A stretch of 64,000 bases of DNA from the NCBI GenBank assembly GCA_002737365.1, contig NSIL01000013.1, positions 3,540 to 67,539 of the forward strand, in the 5' to 3' direction. Numbering within the stretch: position 1 is the first letter of the stretch; each line of letters opens with the position of its first letter. Under the pieces are notes generated by a model, which was not told the origin of the DNA, ran no database searches, and saw only the letters and a list, made by a program, of their open reading frames with translations. Positions 46,318 through 55,099 of the stretch are shown here, piece by piece. Source of the DNA: Acidobacterium sp. Its GTDB lineage: Bacteria; Acidobacteriota; Vicinamibacteria; Vicinamibacterales; UBA2999. The position numbers and the translations under genes were made by a program.

Positions 46318-46395
46318 CCAACAGAAGGTCAGGAGGAAAAGAGACCAGAAGAAGTAATTTCTCCTGATCTCTTGGTCTCCTGTTAGCGCTTTAAC

Positions 46396-49242
46396 TCAGA
46401 AGCGGAAAGCCGCGTTGAAGCGGATGTTGCGCGGGCCGAAGACCTGCGCCGGCGAGCCGAACTGCGGCACGGTATTGATCGCGCCGGCCGGGTTACCGTT
46501 CTGCCGCAGGTTGATGGTGCCGCTCAGCGTCCGCGCGTCCCACGCGGTGTTGGTGTTGGTGATGTTGTTGAAGTCCACCGACACCTCCAACGAGCGCGTG
46601 CCGAACGTCGTGGTCTTGAACACGCGCAGGTCTGACGCTGCGCGCTGTTCCAGCCGGTACGACCCGAGCGGTTCCACATTGATCGTGCTGTTGCCGCCCA
46701 CCGTCTGGGCTGTGGTCAGCTGTCGCGTAATCGCCGCGCCGCTCTGCATGTTGAGGTTGCCGGCGACGCCGATCTCGTAGAACGGCAGCACGTAGGTGCC
46801 CGTGACCTTGAACTGGTGCGGACGGTCGCCGATCTGGCCCGTGACGGGCCCGGCGGCGTTGATCAAGGCATTGGGGTTGACGTTGACGCCGACACCTTCG
46901 ACGCGGGTCTGCGAGTAGGTGTACCCCATCAGCATCTGCCAGCGGTCCGACATGCGCTTGGTGCCGCTGATCTCGATGCCGTTGTAGGTCTGGCGGAAGT
47001 TCCGGTCGGTCGTGAAGAACGTCTGGTTCACCGCCGTGGACGTCCGGTTGTAGAACTGGAACGTCGTGTCGTCGGCCGTGCCCGCGACGCCGTCGCGACC
47101 GTTGTCCGGCCGCGTCGTCAGGAACGTGTCGTACGGGTTGGCCGGGTTCGACGTCGCCTGCGGATTGCGCTCGGTGCGGTGGGTCACCGCCACGCTCAGG
47201 CGCAGGGCCGGGAACAGCTCGTGGTCGAAGCCGCCGGTGATCTCGTCGGTGTAGGGGCGCAGGTAGTTGCTGTCCACCGAGATGGTCTCAGGCAGCACGC
47301 GCGTGATCACCGGCGTGCCGGTCTGTTCGCCCGGCTGGAAGTGGCGATCGCCGTTGGCGTCGTTCCAGGTGTACTGCTCCTGGTAGTTCGCGTTCGGATT
47401 GACGCCGTCGAGAATGCCGCCACCTGACGCGATCACGTAGTAGTAGCGTCCGGCCGCGAGCTTCAGGGCGGTGCGGCCGCTGCCCGTCAGGTCGAACGCG
47501 GCGCTGATGCGCGGGCCCGCCGTCATCCAGTCAACGACGTCAGGCTTTTTGTCGAAGGTGCGGACCAGGGTCGGGAAGAAGGCGCTGGCCGGGCTGCTCT
47601 GCGCTGGCAGGTAGCCGTTCAGGTGTTCCCAGCGAACACCCGCCGTCACGGTCAGCCGCTTGTAGGCCATGCTGTCCTGGGCGTAGAGCGCCGTTACGTC
47701 GACCCCGGTCTTGGTGTAGAACGGCGTGGCAAACAGCGTGACGTTCTGCGCCAGGCCGGTGGCGCTGTTGTAAGTCATGTCGACGTCGCCAAACCGGCTC
47801 GTCCGATTCTCGACTGGGGAGTGCGCGTAGTCGAATCCGAACTTGAGCTCGTGTCGGCCGCCGATGAACTCGTCCAGATAGTACTGGCCGGTGGCATTGG
47901 CCTGGTAGCGGTCACGCCACCGCTCGGTGCCGGCGACGTAGTTGCGCGTGCGGATGCCGGTGGCCGAGTCCAGCAACGTCTGGTCGTTGCCGTTCAAGTA
48001 GGTCGGGAAGAAGATCTTGTTGAGACCGACCCGCGCATCGAGGAAGAACTTCTGCGACACCACCGAGTTCCACAGCACCTGGTAGATGTCGAAGACGTCG
48101 TCTTCGTTGCTGGTCGACTCCTGCACGAGCGTGTTGGCCGTGGCCAGGAAGCGATTGGGCTTCTTGTAGTACTGCCGCGAGTACAGGCCCGTCAGGCGGT
48201 TCTTGTCGTTGATCTGGTAGTTCATGTTGATCAGGCCCGACGTAATGTCGGTCTTGTCGAGCACCAGCGACGAGAAGGCCGCCGGCGTGTTGACGTGTAC
48301 GCGCCAGTCGCGGAACGACGCGAACATGCGCAGCTTGCCGGCGATCAAGGGGCCGCCGCCGCTGATGTTGACGTCCGAGACGAAGTCGACGCTGTTGGCT
48401 TCGGGACGGAAGCCATAGCGCAACAGGTTGTCGTCGATGTTCTGGGTCTGCGTGGCATCCCCCAACCACGCGCCGGTGAGGCGGCCGCGCCACTGCTCGC
48501 CGCCGGTCTTGGTCACCATGTTCAGGAACACGCCGCTCGTCGGCACGGTGATGTCGTGCGCGCCGGTCGAGACCTGGATGTCGTCGAAGGCATCGAAGTC
48601 GTAGTAGAAGCCGGCTGCGCCAATGGCCGCCGGGTCGCCGACGTTGATGCCGTTCAGGTAGCTGGAGTTCTGTGCGCTGGTGGTGCCACGCGCATTGAAT
48701 ACCCCCTGCAGGCCTCCCGAAGTGCCGCCGACGTCAGGACGGGTGATGAGCAGGCTCGGGACCTTGTATTCGACCAGCGACCAGATGTCGCGGCCCCCCG
48801 GCGTGCCCTGCAGCAACTGCTCGCCCAGGTTGACGCTGGTGTTGGCGCTGGTGGTATCGACGACCGGCGAGGCGCCGGTCACCGTCACCGTCTCGGCGAC
48901 CGCCGCGACCACGAGGTCCAGGTTCAGGGGCACCGTTGCGCCGACCTGCACCGACACGTTTTCACGGATGACGGTCCGGAAGCCCTGCAACTCCACCTTG
49001 ACGGAGTAGATGCCCGGCTGTAGGGACGGAAAGCGGTTGACGCCGCTAGTATCCGTGACTCCCGACATCGTGCCGGCCACCAGGACGGGACTGGTCAGGG
49101 TCACCGTCACCCCGGGTACCGCGGAACCCTGCGCGTCCGCGACCCTCAACAGAATGGAACCCGTCTGCACCTGCGCGGCGGCGGGCAGCGCCGCCAGCGC
49201 CACCAGGCCGACGGCTGCGAACCAACTTCTTACTCGATTCAT
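46396..49242 (-). CDS. TonB-dependent outer-membrane receptor with a CarboxypepD_reg N-terminal domain (second paralog)
   Basis: It has a signal peptide ending LPAAAQ, then GSILLRVADAQGSAVPGVTVTL...FPSLQPGIYSV, and a C-terminal barrel ending FNAAFRF. GGAGGA lies 7 nt upstream of the ATG. Confidence 0.9.
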   Translation of the reverse strand: MNRVRSWFAAVGLVALAALPAAAQVQTGSILLRVADAQGSAVPGVTVTLTSPVLVAGTMSGVTDTSGVNRFPSLQPGIYSVKVELQGFRTVIRENVSVQVGATVPLNLDLVVAAVAETVTVTGASPVVDTTSANTSVNLGEQLLQGTPGGRDIWSLVEYKVPSLLITRPDVGGTSGGLQGVFNARGTTSAQNSSYLNGINVGDPAAIGAAGFYYDFDAFDDIQVSTGAHDITVPTSGVFLNMVTKTGGEQWRGRLTGAWLGDATQTQNIDDNLLRYGFRPEANSVDFVSDVNISGGGPLIAGKLRMFASFRDWRVHVNTPAAFSSLVLDKTDITSGLINMNYQINDKNRLTGLYSRQYYKKPNRFLATANTLVQESTSNEDDVFDIYQVLWNSVVSQKFFLDARVGLNKIFFPTYLNGNDQTLLDSATGIRTRNYVAGTERWRDRYQANATGQYYLDEFIGGRHELKFGFDYAHSPVENRTSRFGDVDMTYNSATGLAQNVTLFATPFYTKTGVDVTALYAQDSMAYKRLTVTAGVRWEHLNGYLPAQSSPASAFFPTLVRTFDKKPDVVDWMTAGPRISAAFDLTGSGRTALKLAAGRYYYVIASGGGILDGVNPNANYQEQYTWNDANGDRHFQPGEQTGTPVITRVLPETISVDSNYLRPYTDEITGGFDHELFPALRLSVAVTHRTERNPQATSNPANPYDTFLTTRPDNGRDGVAGTADDTTFQFYNRTSTAVNQTFFTTDRNFRQTYNGIEISGTKRMSDRWQMLMGYTYSQTRVEGVGVNVNPNALINAAGPVTGQIGDRPHQFKVTGTYVLPFYEIGVAGNLNMQSGAAITRQLTTAQTVGGNSTINVEPLGSYRLEQRAASDLRVFKTTTFGTRSLEVSVDFNNITNTNTAWDARTLSGTINLRQNGNPAGAINTVPQFGSPAQVFGPRNIRFNAAFRF

Positions 49243-49423
49243 TAATCTGTCCTCCGGAAATCCGTTCGCGCCTTACGGGAAATTGAATTAGAACAAGCTT
49301 GCAATCGGCACGCGCCCGAAGTCCAGCCTGACACAGAACGACAAGGCTGCACCCCAGTGACATCTTGACCTGACGAGGCGGCAGGCTGATGCCAGTGTAA
49401 GCAAATGGACTGCCGACGAACGA

Positions 49424-49429
49424 TATACT
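49424..49429 (+). promoter_or_regulatory. Candidate -10 box (TATACT) for a leaderless transcript of the 49436 gene
   Basis: CGATATACT, the same 9-mer as upstream of deoA, is followed by 6 nt and then the ATG at 49436. Confidence 0.4.
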
Positions 49430-49435
49430 TGTCTT

Positions 49436-50134
49436 ATGCGTGTGATGCTCGCTTTTCTCTGTGCAAGCCTCATCGTGTCTGTGGGCGTTCAGGCGCAGAC
49501 CCGCAAGGCCACGCCGAAAAAAGCACCCACGAAGGCCTCGAAGAAGGTGCCGGCCCCGGTCGTCTCCCGCATCCAGGCGGAGTGGAAGTGCCCGTCGGAG
49601 CTGGGGCTGGGCGTGGCGACCGGCCGCCGGTTTTGTGACGTGCTGACGGCTCGCGACCCCCAAGAGGGCATTCTCATCACCGTCCCGCCGCATCGCGGCC
49701 CCGTGAAGCTGATGTTCGAGCTGCACAACCGGCACACCTATTCAGCCGAGCTGGTCAAGCAGAAGCAGGCCTACCGGAAGTACACCGCCACCGTGGGCGT
49801 GCTGTCGATGGACAACACGCTGGTCGACCGCGCCGTCGTGCAGAGCGAGTTTCGGACCGAGAAGGACCTGTTCGACCGCATCAGCGGGGGGGCCGGGCCG
49901 GGCGGCGTGAAGGCGGTGGCACCCACGGGCGACGAGTTCATCATCATCGAGTTGCCGGCCACCGTGCTCGATCAGGTCTCGGTTATGGGCGAAAAGCTGT
50001 CGGTGGTCAGACCTGACGGTACCGACAACTTCACGGCTACCGGCCGGCCGATTGCGACGATCAGCAACGTGATGCTGGAATTCACGCCCGGGCCCGCGCC
50101 GGCGCCCAAAAAAGCACCGGCCAAGACACCGTAG
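49436..50134 (+). CDS. Secreted hypothetical protein with Lys/Pro/Ala-rich termini
   Basis: It has a signal peptide (MRVMLAFLCASLIVSVGVQAQ), a basic KATPKKAPTKASKKVPAP tract, a Cys pair (KCPSE...RFCDV) and a C-terminal PAPAPKKAPAKTP. Confidence 0.62.
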   Translation: MRVMLAFLCASLIVSVGVQAQTRKATPKKAPTKASKKVPAPVVSRIQAEWKCPSELGLGVATGRRFCDVLTARDPQEGILITVPPHRGPVKLMFELHNRHTYSAELVKQKQAYRKYTATVGVLSMDNTLVDRAVVQSEFRTEKDLFDRISGGAGPGGVKAVAPTGDEFIIIELPATVLDQVSVMGEKLSVVRPDGTDNFTATGRPIATISNVMLEFTPGPAPAPKKAPAKTP

Positions 50135-50141
50135 GCCATCT

Positions 50142-51500
50142 GTGGTGAACCAGCACCGGCCGTCGCCGATGGACACAACACTGGTGGCCCTACTGGTCAC
50201 GGCGGCGATCGCGGCAGGTGCCGTCGCGGCCCAGACCCCCGCCTCGACTGCCGCCAACTGGGCGCAATGGCGCGGGCCCGCCACCACGGGTGTCGCGCCA
50301 GGCGACGCGCCGACACGCTGGGACGACCAGACCAACATCAAGTGGGCGACCCCGATTCCCGGGCGTGGATTTTCGTCGCCCATCGTCTGGGGCGACCGCG
50401 TTTACGTCACCACGGCCGTGCCGACCGGCGTGACAGGTGCAGCCGCTGGCGCGACCGGCCGCGCCAGCTTCGCCGGAGGCGGCGCTGACGCCAACCTCGA
50501 ACATCGCTTTGACGTCCTGGCGCTCGATCGCCTCACCGGCCGCATCGTCTGGCAACGGACGGCGACCGTCGCCACGCCGCACGAGGGCTACCACCGGCAG
50601 TACGGCAGCTTCGCCTCGAACACTCCGGTCACCGACGGCAGTCGCGTGTGGGCTTCGTTTGGTTCGCGCGGCCTCTACTGTTACGACCTGAACGGCACGC
50701 TCATGTGGAAGCGGGACGCCGGCGTTCAGTTGCAGATGCACATGCAATTCGGCGAGGGCGCCCCGTTCCTGCTGCACGGCGACCGGCTGTTCCACACCTA
50801 CGACCACCAGGGCGACTCGTTCATGGTGGCGCTCGACAAGCACACCGGCAAGCAAGTGTGGCGGGCCGATCGCGCCGAGATTTCGAACTGGTCAATGCCG
50901 GTCGTGGTCGAACATGACGGCCGGCGGCAGGTGGTGGTCAGCGCCACCCGCAAGACGCGCGCCTACGACTACGACTCGGGCCGCCTGATCTGGGAGGTCG
51001 AAGGCCTTGGCCTGAACACGATTCCGGCGCCGATCCAGATGGCCGACCTGGTCTTCGTGATGAGTGGCTTCCGCAACCCCAACCTCATGGCCGTCCGCCT
51101 CGGCCACACCGGCGACCTCACCGGCACGAGCGCCGTCGTCTGGAGCACGACGCGCGGCACCTCGTACACGCCGTCACCCGTGCTGCATGACGGCATGCTC
51201 TATGTGCTGACCGACTCCGGCATGCTCAGCAACTTCGACGCCCTTACCGGGAAGCCGCACTATCAGCAGGTGCGGCTGCCCAAGCCGTACAATTTCAAGG
51301 CCTCGCCGGTGGCGGCCGGCGGCAAGTTGTACCTCTCGACCGAGGAAGGCGATGTCGTGGTCGTCAAGCTCGGCCCGACCTTTGCCGTGGTCGCGACCAA
51401 CACGCTGACCGACCAGTCGTTCATCGCCACGCCCGCCGTAGCGGCCGGCGACATCTACCTGCGCAGCCGGACCACCCTCTACCGCGTCAGCGAACGATAA
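50142..51500 (+). CDS. PQQ-like beta-propeller repeat protein (BamB/PQQ enzyme-repeat family)
   Basis: It has NWAQWRGP..TG, repeated SSPIVWGDRVYVTT / TPVTDGSRVWA / SPVLHDGMLYV / ATPAVAAGDIYLRS blades and a signal peptide. The ATG at 50169 is an alternative start. Confidence 0.83.
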   Translation: MVNQHRPSPMDTTLVALLVTAAIAAGAVAAQTPASTAANWAQWRGPATTGVAPGDAPTRWDDQTNIKWATPIPGRGFSSPIVWGDRVYVTTAVPTGVTGAAAGATGRASFAGGGADANLEHRFDVLALDRLTGRIVWQRTATVATPHEGYHRQYGSFASNTPVTDGSRVWASFGSRGLYCYDLNGTLMWKRDAGVQLQMHMQFGEGAPFLLHGDRLFHTYDHQGDSFMVALDKHTGKQVWRADRAEISNWSMPVVVEHDGRRQVVVSATRKTRAYDYDSGRLIWEVEGLGLNTIPAPIQMADLVFVMSGFRNPNLMAVRLGHTGDLTGTSAVVWSTTRGTSYTPSPVLHDGMLYVLTDSGMLSNFDALTGKPHYQQVRLPKPYNFKASPVAAGGKLYLSTEEGDVVVVKLGPTFAVVATNTLTDQSFIATPAVAAGDIYLRSRTTLYRVSER

Positions 51501-52933
51501 GACCGCCGGGCCGCGGGAGGGTCTGGTTCCTCCCCGTCAAGGGTGGCGAGCTTCAACTCGGTCGCTTGCGTGTAGCACGCCAGCATCGCGTCGGCGGAGC
51601 GGTCGATGTCGTCCTCGGTCGTCGACCAGTTCGACACCGCAATCCGCATGGCCTGCTGGCCCTGCCACAACGCGCCGCCGGCCCAGCACGTGCCGTCGGC
51701 CTGCACGCGGGCAATCACGTCCTTCGTCGTCGCATCGTCCTTGAACTGCACCAGCACCTGGTTCAGGACGACGTCGTTCAGGATGGTGACGCCGGGTGCC
51801 GCCGCCAGCCGTTGCGCGATTCGCCGGGCCAGCGCGCAGTTCCGGCGCACGAGGGCTGCCAGGCCCTCGCGTCCCAACGCGCGGAACAGCGCGTAGAGCG
51901 GGACGACGCGAGCGCGTCGCGATGACTCGGGCGCCCAGTCCATGCCGATGCGTTCCTCATCATCGCCGCGCTGGAGGTACGACGCCTTCATGCTCATGGC
52001 CGCGCGCAGTGGCGCGGTGTCGGCGACAATCGCGAGTCCGGAATCGTAGGGCACATTCAGCCACTTGTGGGCGTCGGTCGCCCACGAGTCGGCGCCCTCG
52101 ATGCCGCGCACCTGCGGCCGCAACTCGGGGACCGCCGCGGCCCACAGGCCGAACGCGCCATCGACGTGAACCCACGCGCCGCGGGCATGCGCCATCAGGA
52201 CGATCTCGGCGATGGGATCGCTGGCGCCGGTGCTGACGTTGCCGGCCTGCGCACACACGATGATCGGACTTGCGCTGTCGCCGAGCTGCGCGCGCAAGTC
52301 CTCGGCACGCATGCGGCCCTGGCCATCGACGGGGACAAACTCGAGTTCGTCGCTGCCAAATCCCAGGTAGCGCAACGCGCCGACGGCCGAGACGTGTACT
52401 TCGCCGCCCACCAGCACCCGCACCTTCGGCGCGCGTTGCAGCCCCTGGGTCTCGACATTCCAGCCGGCGCGACGCAGCACCTCATGCCGGGCGGCCGCCA
52501 GGCAAGTGAAATTCGCCATGTGGCAACCGGTCACGAAACCCACGCCGGCCGTGGCCGGCAGGCCGAGCAGCTCGACGATCCAGCCCGAGACGATGTCTTC
52601 CATCACCGAGGCGGCGGGGGAGGTGACGTAGAGACAGGCGTTCTGGTCCCACGAGCTGACCAGCCAGTCGGCCGCCACCGTGACCGGCACGGCGCCGCCG
52701 GTGACGAACCCAAAGTAGCGCGGCCCGATGGTCGCAATGATGCCAGGGTCGGCGCTCGTCGCCAGGTGGTTGATCACGTCGACTGGATCGGTGCCGGCGA
52801 TGGGCAATGGTCCGCCAAGCGCGGCCAGCAGGTCCGCGCGTGGCATGCGTGAGCCCACCTGTCGCTGCGCAACCTCGCTGATGTATCGAGTGGCGTGATC
52901 GTAGGCGGCCTTGAGTGGATTGTCTGGAGTCAT
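51479..52933 (-). CDS. Group II PLP-dependent decarboxylase family protein
   Basis: This is the track ORF trimmed to the ATG at 52933, which overlaps the upstream stop (ATGA). It has SWATDAHKWLNVPYDSG (PLP-lysine HK motif) and the GG..HVSA fold pattern. Its 3' end overlaps the convergent propeller gene by 22 nt. Confidence 0.85.
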   Translation of the reverse strand: MTPDNPLKAAYDHATRYISEVAQRQVGSRMPRADLLAALGGPLPIAGTDPVDVINHLATSADPGIIATIGPRYFGFVTGGAVPVTVAADWLVSSWDQNACLYVTSPAASVMEDIVSGWIVELLGLPATAGVGFVTGCHMANFTCLAAARHEVLRRAGWNVETQGLQRAPKVRVLVGGEVHVSAVGALRYLGFGSDELEFVPVDGQGRMRAEDLRAQLGDSASPIIVCAQAGNVSTGASDPIAEIVLMAHARGAWVHVDGAFGLWAAAVPELRPQVRGIEGADSWATDAHKWLNVPYDSGLAIVADTAPLRAAMSMKASYLQRGDDEERIGMDWAPESSRRARVVPLYALFRALGREGLAALVRRNCALARRIAQRLAAAPGVTILNDVVLNQVLVQFKDDATTKDVIARVQADGTCWAGGALWQGQQAMRIAVSNWSTTEDDIDRSADAMLACYTQATELKLATLDGEEPDPPAARRSYRSLTR

Positions 52934-53739
52934 CGGTCGGCGCTCCAATCGGTGGCTGTGATCACCCTGATGGGGATGTCGCGTTCGTGGCCCCACTGTT
53001 CCCATTCGGCCGCGGTCTTCGTCAACATGGTCGCAGCCAGCGGTGACCCGTCGGCGAGGCCCAGCGCGGTGTACAGCCTCTCACGAAAATGTGGTTCGAG
53101 TGCGCCAACGGCCACGCGTCCGTCGCGGGCTGCGTAGATGCCATACGCCGGGTTGGCGCCGCCAAGAACGCCGCCCGGGGCGGTGAGGCCGTGTCGCAGC
53201 GGCGCCGTCAACGTGCTCAATGCGTCAAACAAACCGACAACGCGCCGGCCGCCGGGTCCCAAGTGCATCATCTCGATCACGGCGGCATGCGCGCGCTCCG
53301 CGCCCAGCAGATCCGCGAGCAGCGTCTTGGGCATCCCATCCTGCAGCAAGCCGGCTTGTGCCTGGTACGTGAGGTCGTGGCCGGCCTCATTGGGGTGGGC
53401 GGTGTCGCCGACGATGTTCAGGTGACGGAGAAGAGGGAAGCGCTGCGCGAGCGCTGCGGCGTCGAGCCCAAGGCGTTCGAGCGCGGCGGGCCGATGGCTG
53501 GTGATGAATACGTCGACCGCTCCCAGCAGGTCGACCAGCGACCGCATGCCGTCGGCTGACTTCAGGTCGAGCCGGGCGATGGTCACGCTGGCATGCAGTT
53601 CGTCGTACCAGGACTTGCAGAAGCCCTCGAGCGGATCGCCCCACGGCGCTTCGATTTTGATAGCCGTGGCGCCGCCGGTGACCAGGCGGGCGACCGCCAC
53701 CGGGCCGGGCACATTCTGCGCCATGGTGACGATTTTCAT
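52930..53739 (-). CDS. CoA-transferase family III (CaiB/BaiF)-like protein, unusually short (269 aa)
   Basis: This is the track ORF trimmed to MKIVTMAQNVPGPVAVARLVTGGATAIKIEAPWGDP, which matches the family N-terminus (..aGP.a...La.lGA.ViKvE.p.GD). DVFITSHRPAALERLGL is also present. There are ATGA overlaps at both ends. Confidence 0.75.
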   Translation of the reverse strand: MKIVTMAQNVPGPVAVARLVTGGATAIKIEAPWGDPLEGFCKSWYDELHASVTIARLDLKSADGMRSLVDLLGAVDVFITSHRPAALERLGLDAAALAQRFPLLRHLNIVGDTAHPNEAGHDLTYQAQAGLLQDGMPKTLLADLLGAERAHAAVIEMMHLGPGGRRVVGLFDALSTLTAPLRHGLTAPGGVLGGANPAYGIYAARDGRVAVGALEPHFRERLYTALGLADGSPLAATMLTKTAAEWEQWGHERDIPIRVITATDWSADR

Positions 53740-53978
53740 GCCGGTGCCCATTCGTCGAGGATGGTCGACAGGTCCAGGTCGGGAGCAATCAGGCAACTGT
53801 GGCCGTGCCCTTCGAGCACGCGCATCATGCCCCAGGGCGTGGCACAGAGCAGGTGATCGCCGAGCCACAGGCGCGCCGGCGAGCCGAAATGGGCGAACGA
53901 GTTGCGGATGACCAGCCGGCCGGTGCCGGCGATGCCGGGGACGAGGACAAGGGACTCCTTCTGGGGCGATACCTTCAT
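53736..53978 (-). CDS. Hypothetical protein (80 aa), first gene of the CoA-transferase / decarboxylase trio
   Basis: Its stop overlaps the CoA-transferase start (ATGA). The composition is non-junk (MKVSPQKESLVLVPGIAGTGRLVIRNSF...). I recognise no family. Confidence 0.45.
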   Translation of the reverse strand: MKVSPQKESLVLVPGIAGTGRLVIRNSFAHFGSPARLWLGDHLLCATPWGMMRVLEGHGHSCLIAPDLDLSTILDEWAPA

Positions 53979-54101
53979 GATGTCGGGACGAACTTTTAGG
54001 TTCGGCCCCCTATATGGTAGCGTCTGCGCCGTGACTCCTGCGCAGACCGGCCGTGGAAGCTACGCGCTCTCGAGTGGCCGCTGCTCGACTGGGTCCGCTA
54101 C

Positions 54102-54398
54102 ATGGTCTCGATTCCCATCGTTTGCGTCTTCGTGGCGACGTTCTTTCGCGCTTCCACACTGTGGACGTTGTACCTGCGGTGGAACGGGGCGAAGATTGGC
54201 CGCGGCGTGCACATCAACAGCTGGTCGATCTCCGATCGTAACATGCTGGAGTTCGGCGACGGCGCGTTGAGTGTGGTGCTGAAAGGCTCGAAGCGCGAAG
54301 GATCTGCTATCGACGCAGGCATCCCCGCACGTAATGTAGAATGCAAACCAAACGCCAAAGCCGTTGAGGAAGACGACGCGGCGATAGGCTTCTTCTGA
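54102..54398 (+). CDS. Small hydrophobic protein / fragment with a left-handed-beta-helix-like lead-in; possibly a remnant
   Basis: STLWTLYLRWNGAKIGRGVHINSWSISDRNMLEFGDGA resembles the start of LbH acyltransferase-like domains (ylR.lGAkIG.gv.i....i.d.dll.iGdga). The frame is open upstream to 54021 without an ATG, and only about one helix turn is present. It ends 8 nt before the GT2 gene. Confidence 0.3.
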   Translation: MVSIPIVCVFVATFFRASTLWTLYLRWNGAKIGRGVHINSWSISDRNMLEFGDGALSVVLKGSKREGSAIDAGIPARNVECKPNAKAVEEDDAAIGFF

Positions 54399-54406
54399 CT
54401 TCTAAC

Positions 54407-55099
54407 TTGCCAGCCCTCATTTCGATCGTCGTTCCCGTTTACAACGAAGCGCGGACCGTGGCCGAGGTCATCGACCGGCTGCTGGTCATCGAGCTGCCAG
54501 CGCCGCGCGAGATTCTTGTTGTCAACGACGGGTCGACCGACGGCACGCGCGAGGTGCTGGACCAGCTGCCGGTGCGGCCTGAGCTTCGCATCATCCACGC
54601 GGCGAAGAACGGCGGCAAGGGCAGTGCCATTCGCACCGGCTTTGCACTTGCGACCGGCACGATCGTCGCCATTCAAGACGCCGACCTCGAACTTGATCCC
54701 GCGCAACTGGCGGTGCTGGTGCAGCCTATTCTCGACGGGCGCACGCAGGTGGTGTACGGGTCGCGCTTCCTGGCCGGGCGTCCCGACGCGCCGTGGTTGT
54801 CGATCCTGGCCAACCAGGTGCTGACCGGTGTGACCAATCTGCTGTTCGGTGGGCAGCTCACCGACATGGAAACCTGCTATAAGCTGATGACCATCGAGGT
54901 CGCGCAGGGCTTGCGCCTCGAGTGCAACCGCTTCGACATCGAGCCGGAGATCTCCGCGAAGCTGCTGCGCGACGGCCACTCGATTCTCGAGCTGCCGGTG
55001 CGCTTCGAGCCGCGCAGCCGCGCCCAGGGCAAGAAGATTGGCTGGCGCGACGGCGTGCGTGCCATTGAAGTACTGATCAAATATCGCGTTTCGCGATGA
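54407..55099 (+). CDS. Family 2 glycosyltransferase (polyprenol-phosphate sugar transferase-like)
   Basis: It has ISIVVPVYNEARTV, VVNDGSTDGT, IQDADLE (DxD) and a GSRF region. The start is TTG. Confidence 0.87.
   Translation: MPALISIVVPVYNEARTVAEVIDRLLVIELPAPREILVVNDGSTDGTREVLDQLPVRPELRIIHAAKNGGKGSAIRTGFALATGTIVAIQDADLELDPAQLAVLVQPILDGRTQVVYGSRFLAGRPDAPWLSILANQVLTGVTNLLFGGQLTDMETCYKLMTIEVAQGLRLECNRFDIEPEISAKLLRDGHSILELPVRFEPRSRAQGKKIGWRDGVRAIEVLIKYRVSR

Noticed and set aside
46318-46395. A hairpin-like region after folE (GAGACCA...TGGTCTC with flanking AGGAG/CTCCT) as a terminator.
   Set aside because: I can confirm only a 7-bp perfect stem by eye. The inner pairing needs mismatches or G-U pairs and there is no clear U-tract, so the evidence is too weak to list as a feature.
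49243-49423. A possible riboswitch (for example cobalamin) in the ~190-nt leader of the minus-strand TonB receptor, and similarly upstream of the other two receptors.
   Set aside because: I saw no B12-box-like core or other recognisable riboswitch consensus. The other two receptors have short leaders. This would need a covariance-model scan (Rfam/Infernal) to exclude formally.
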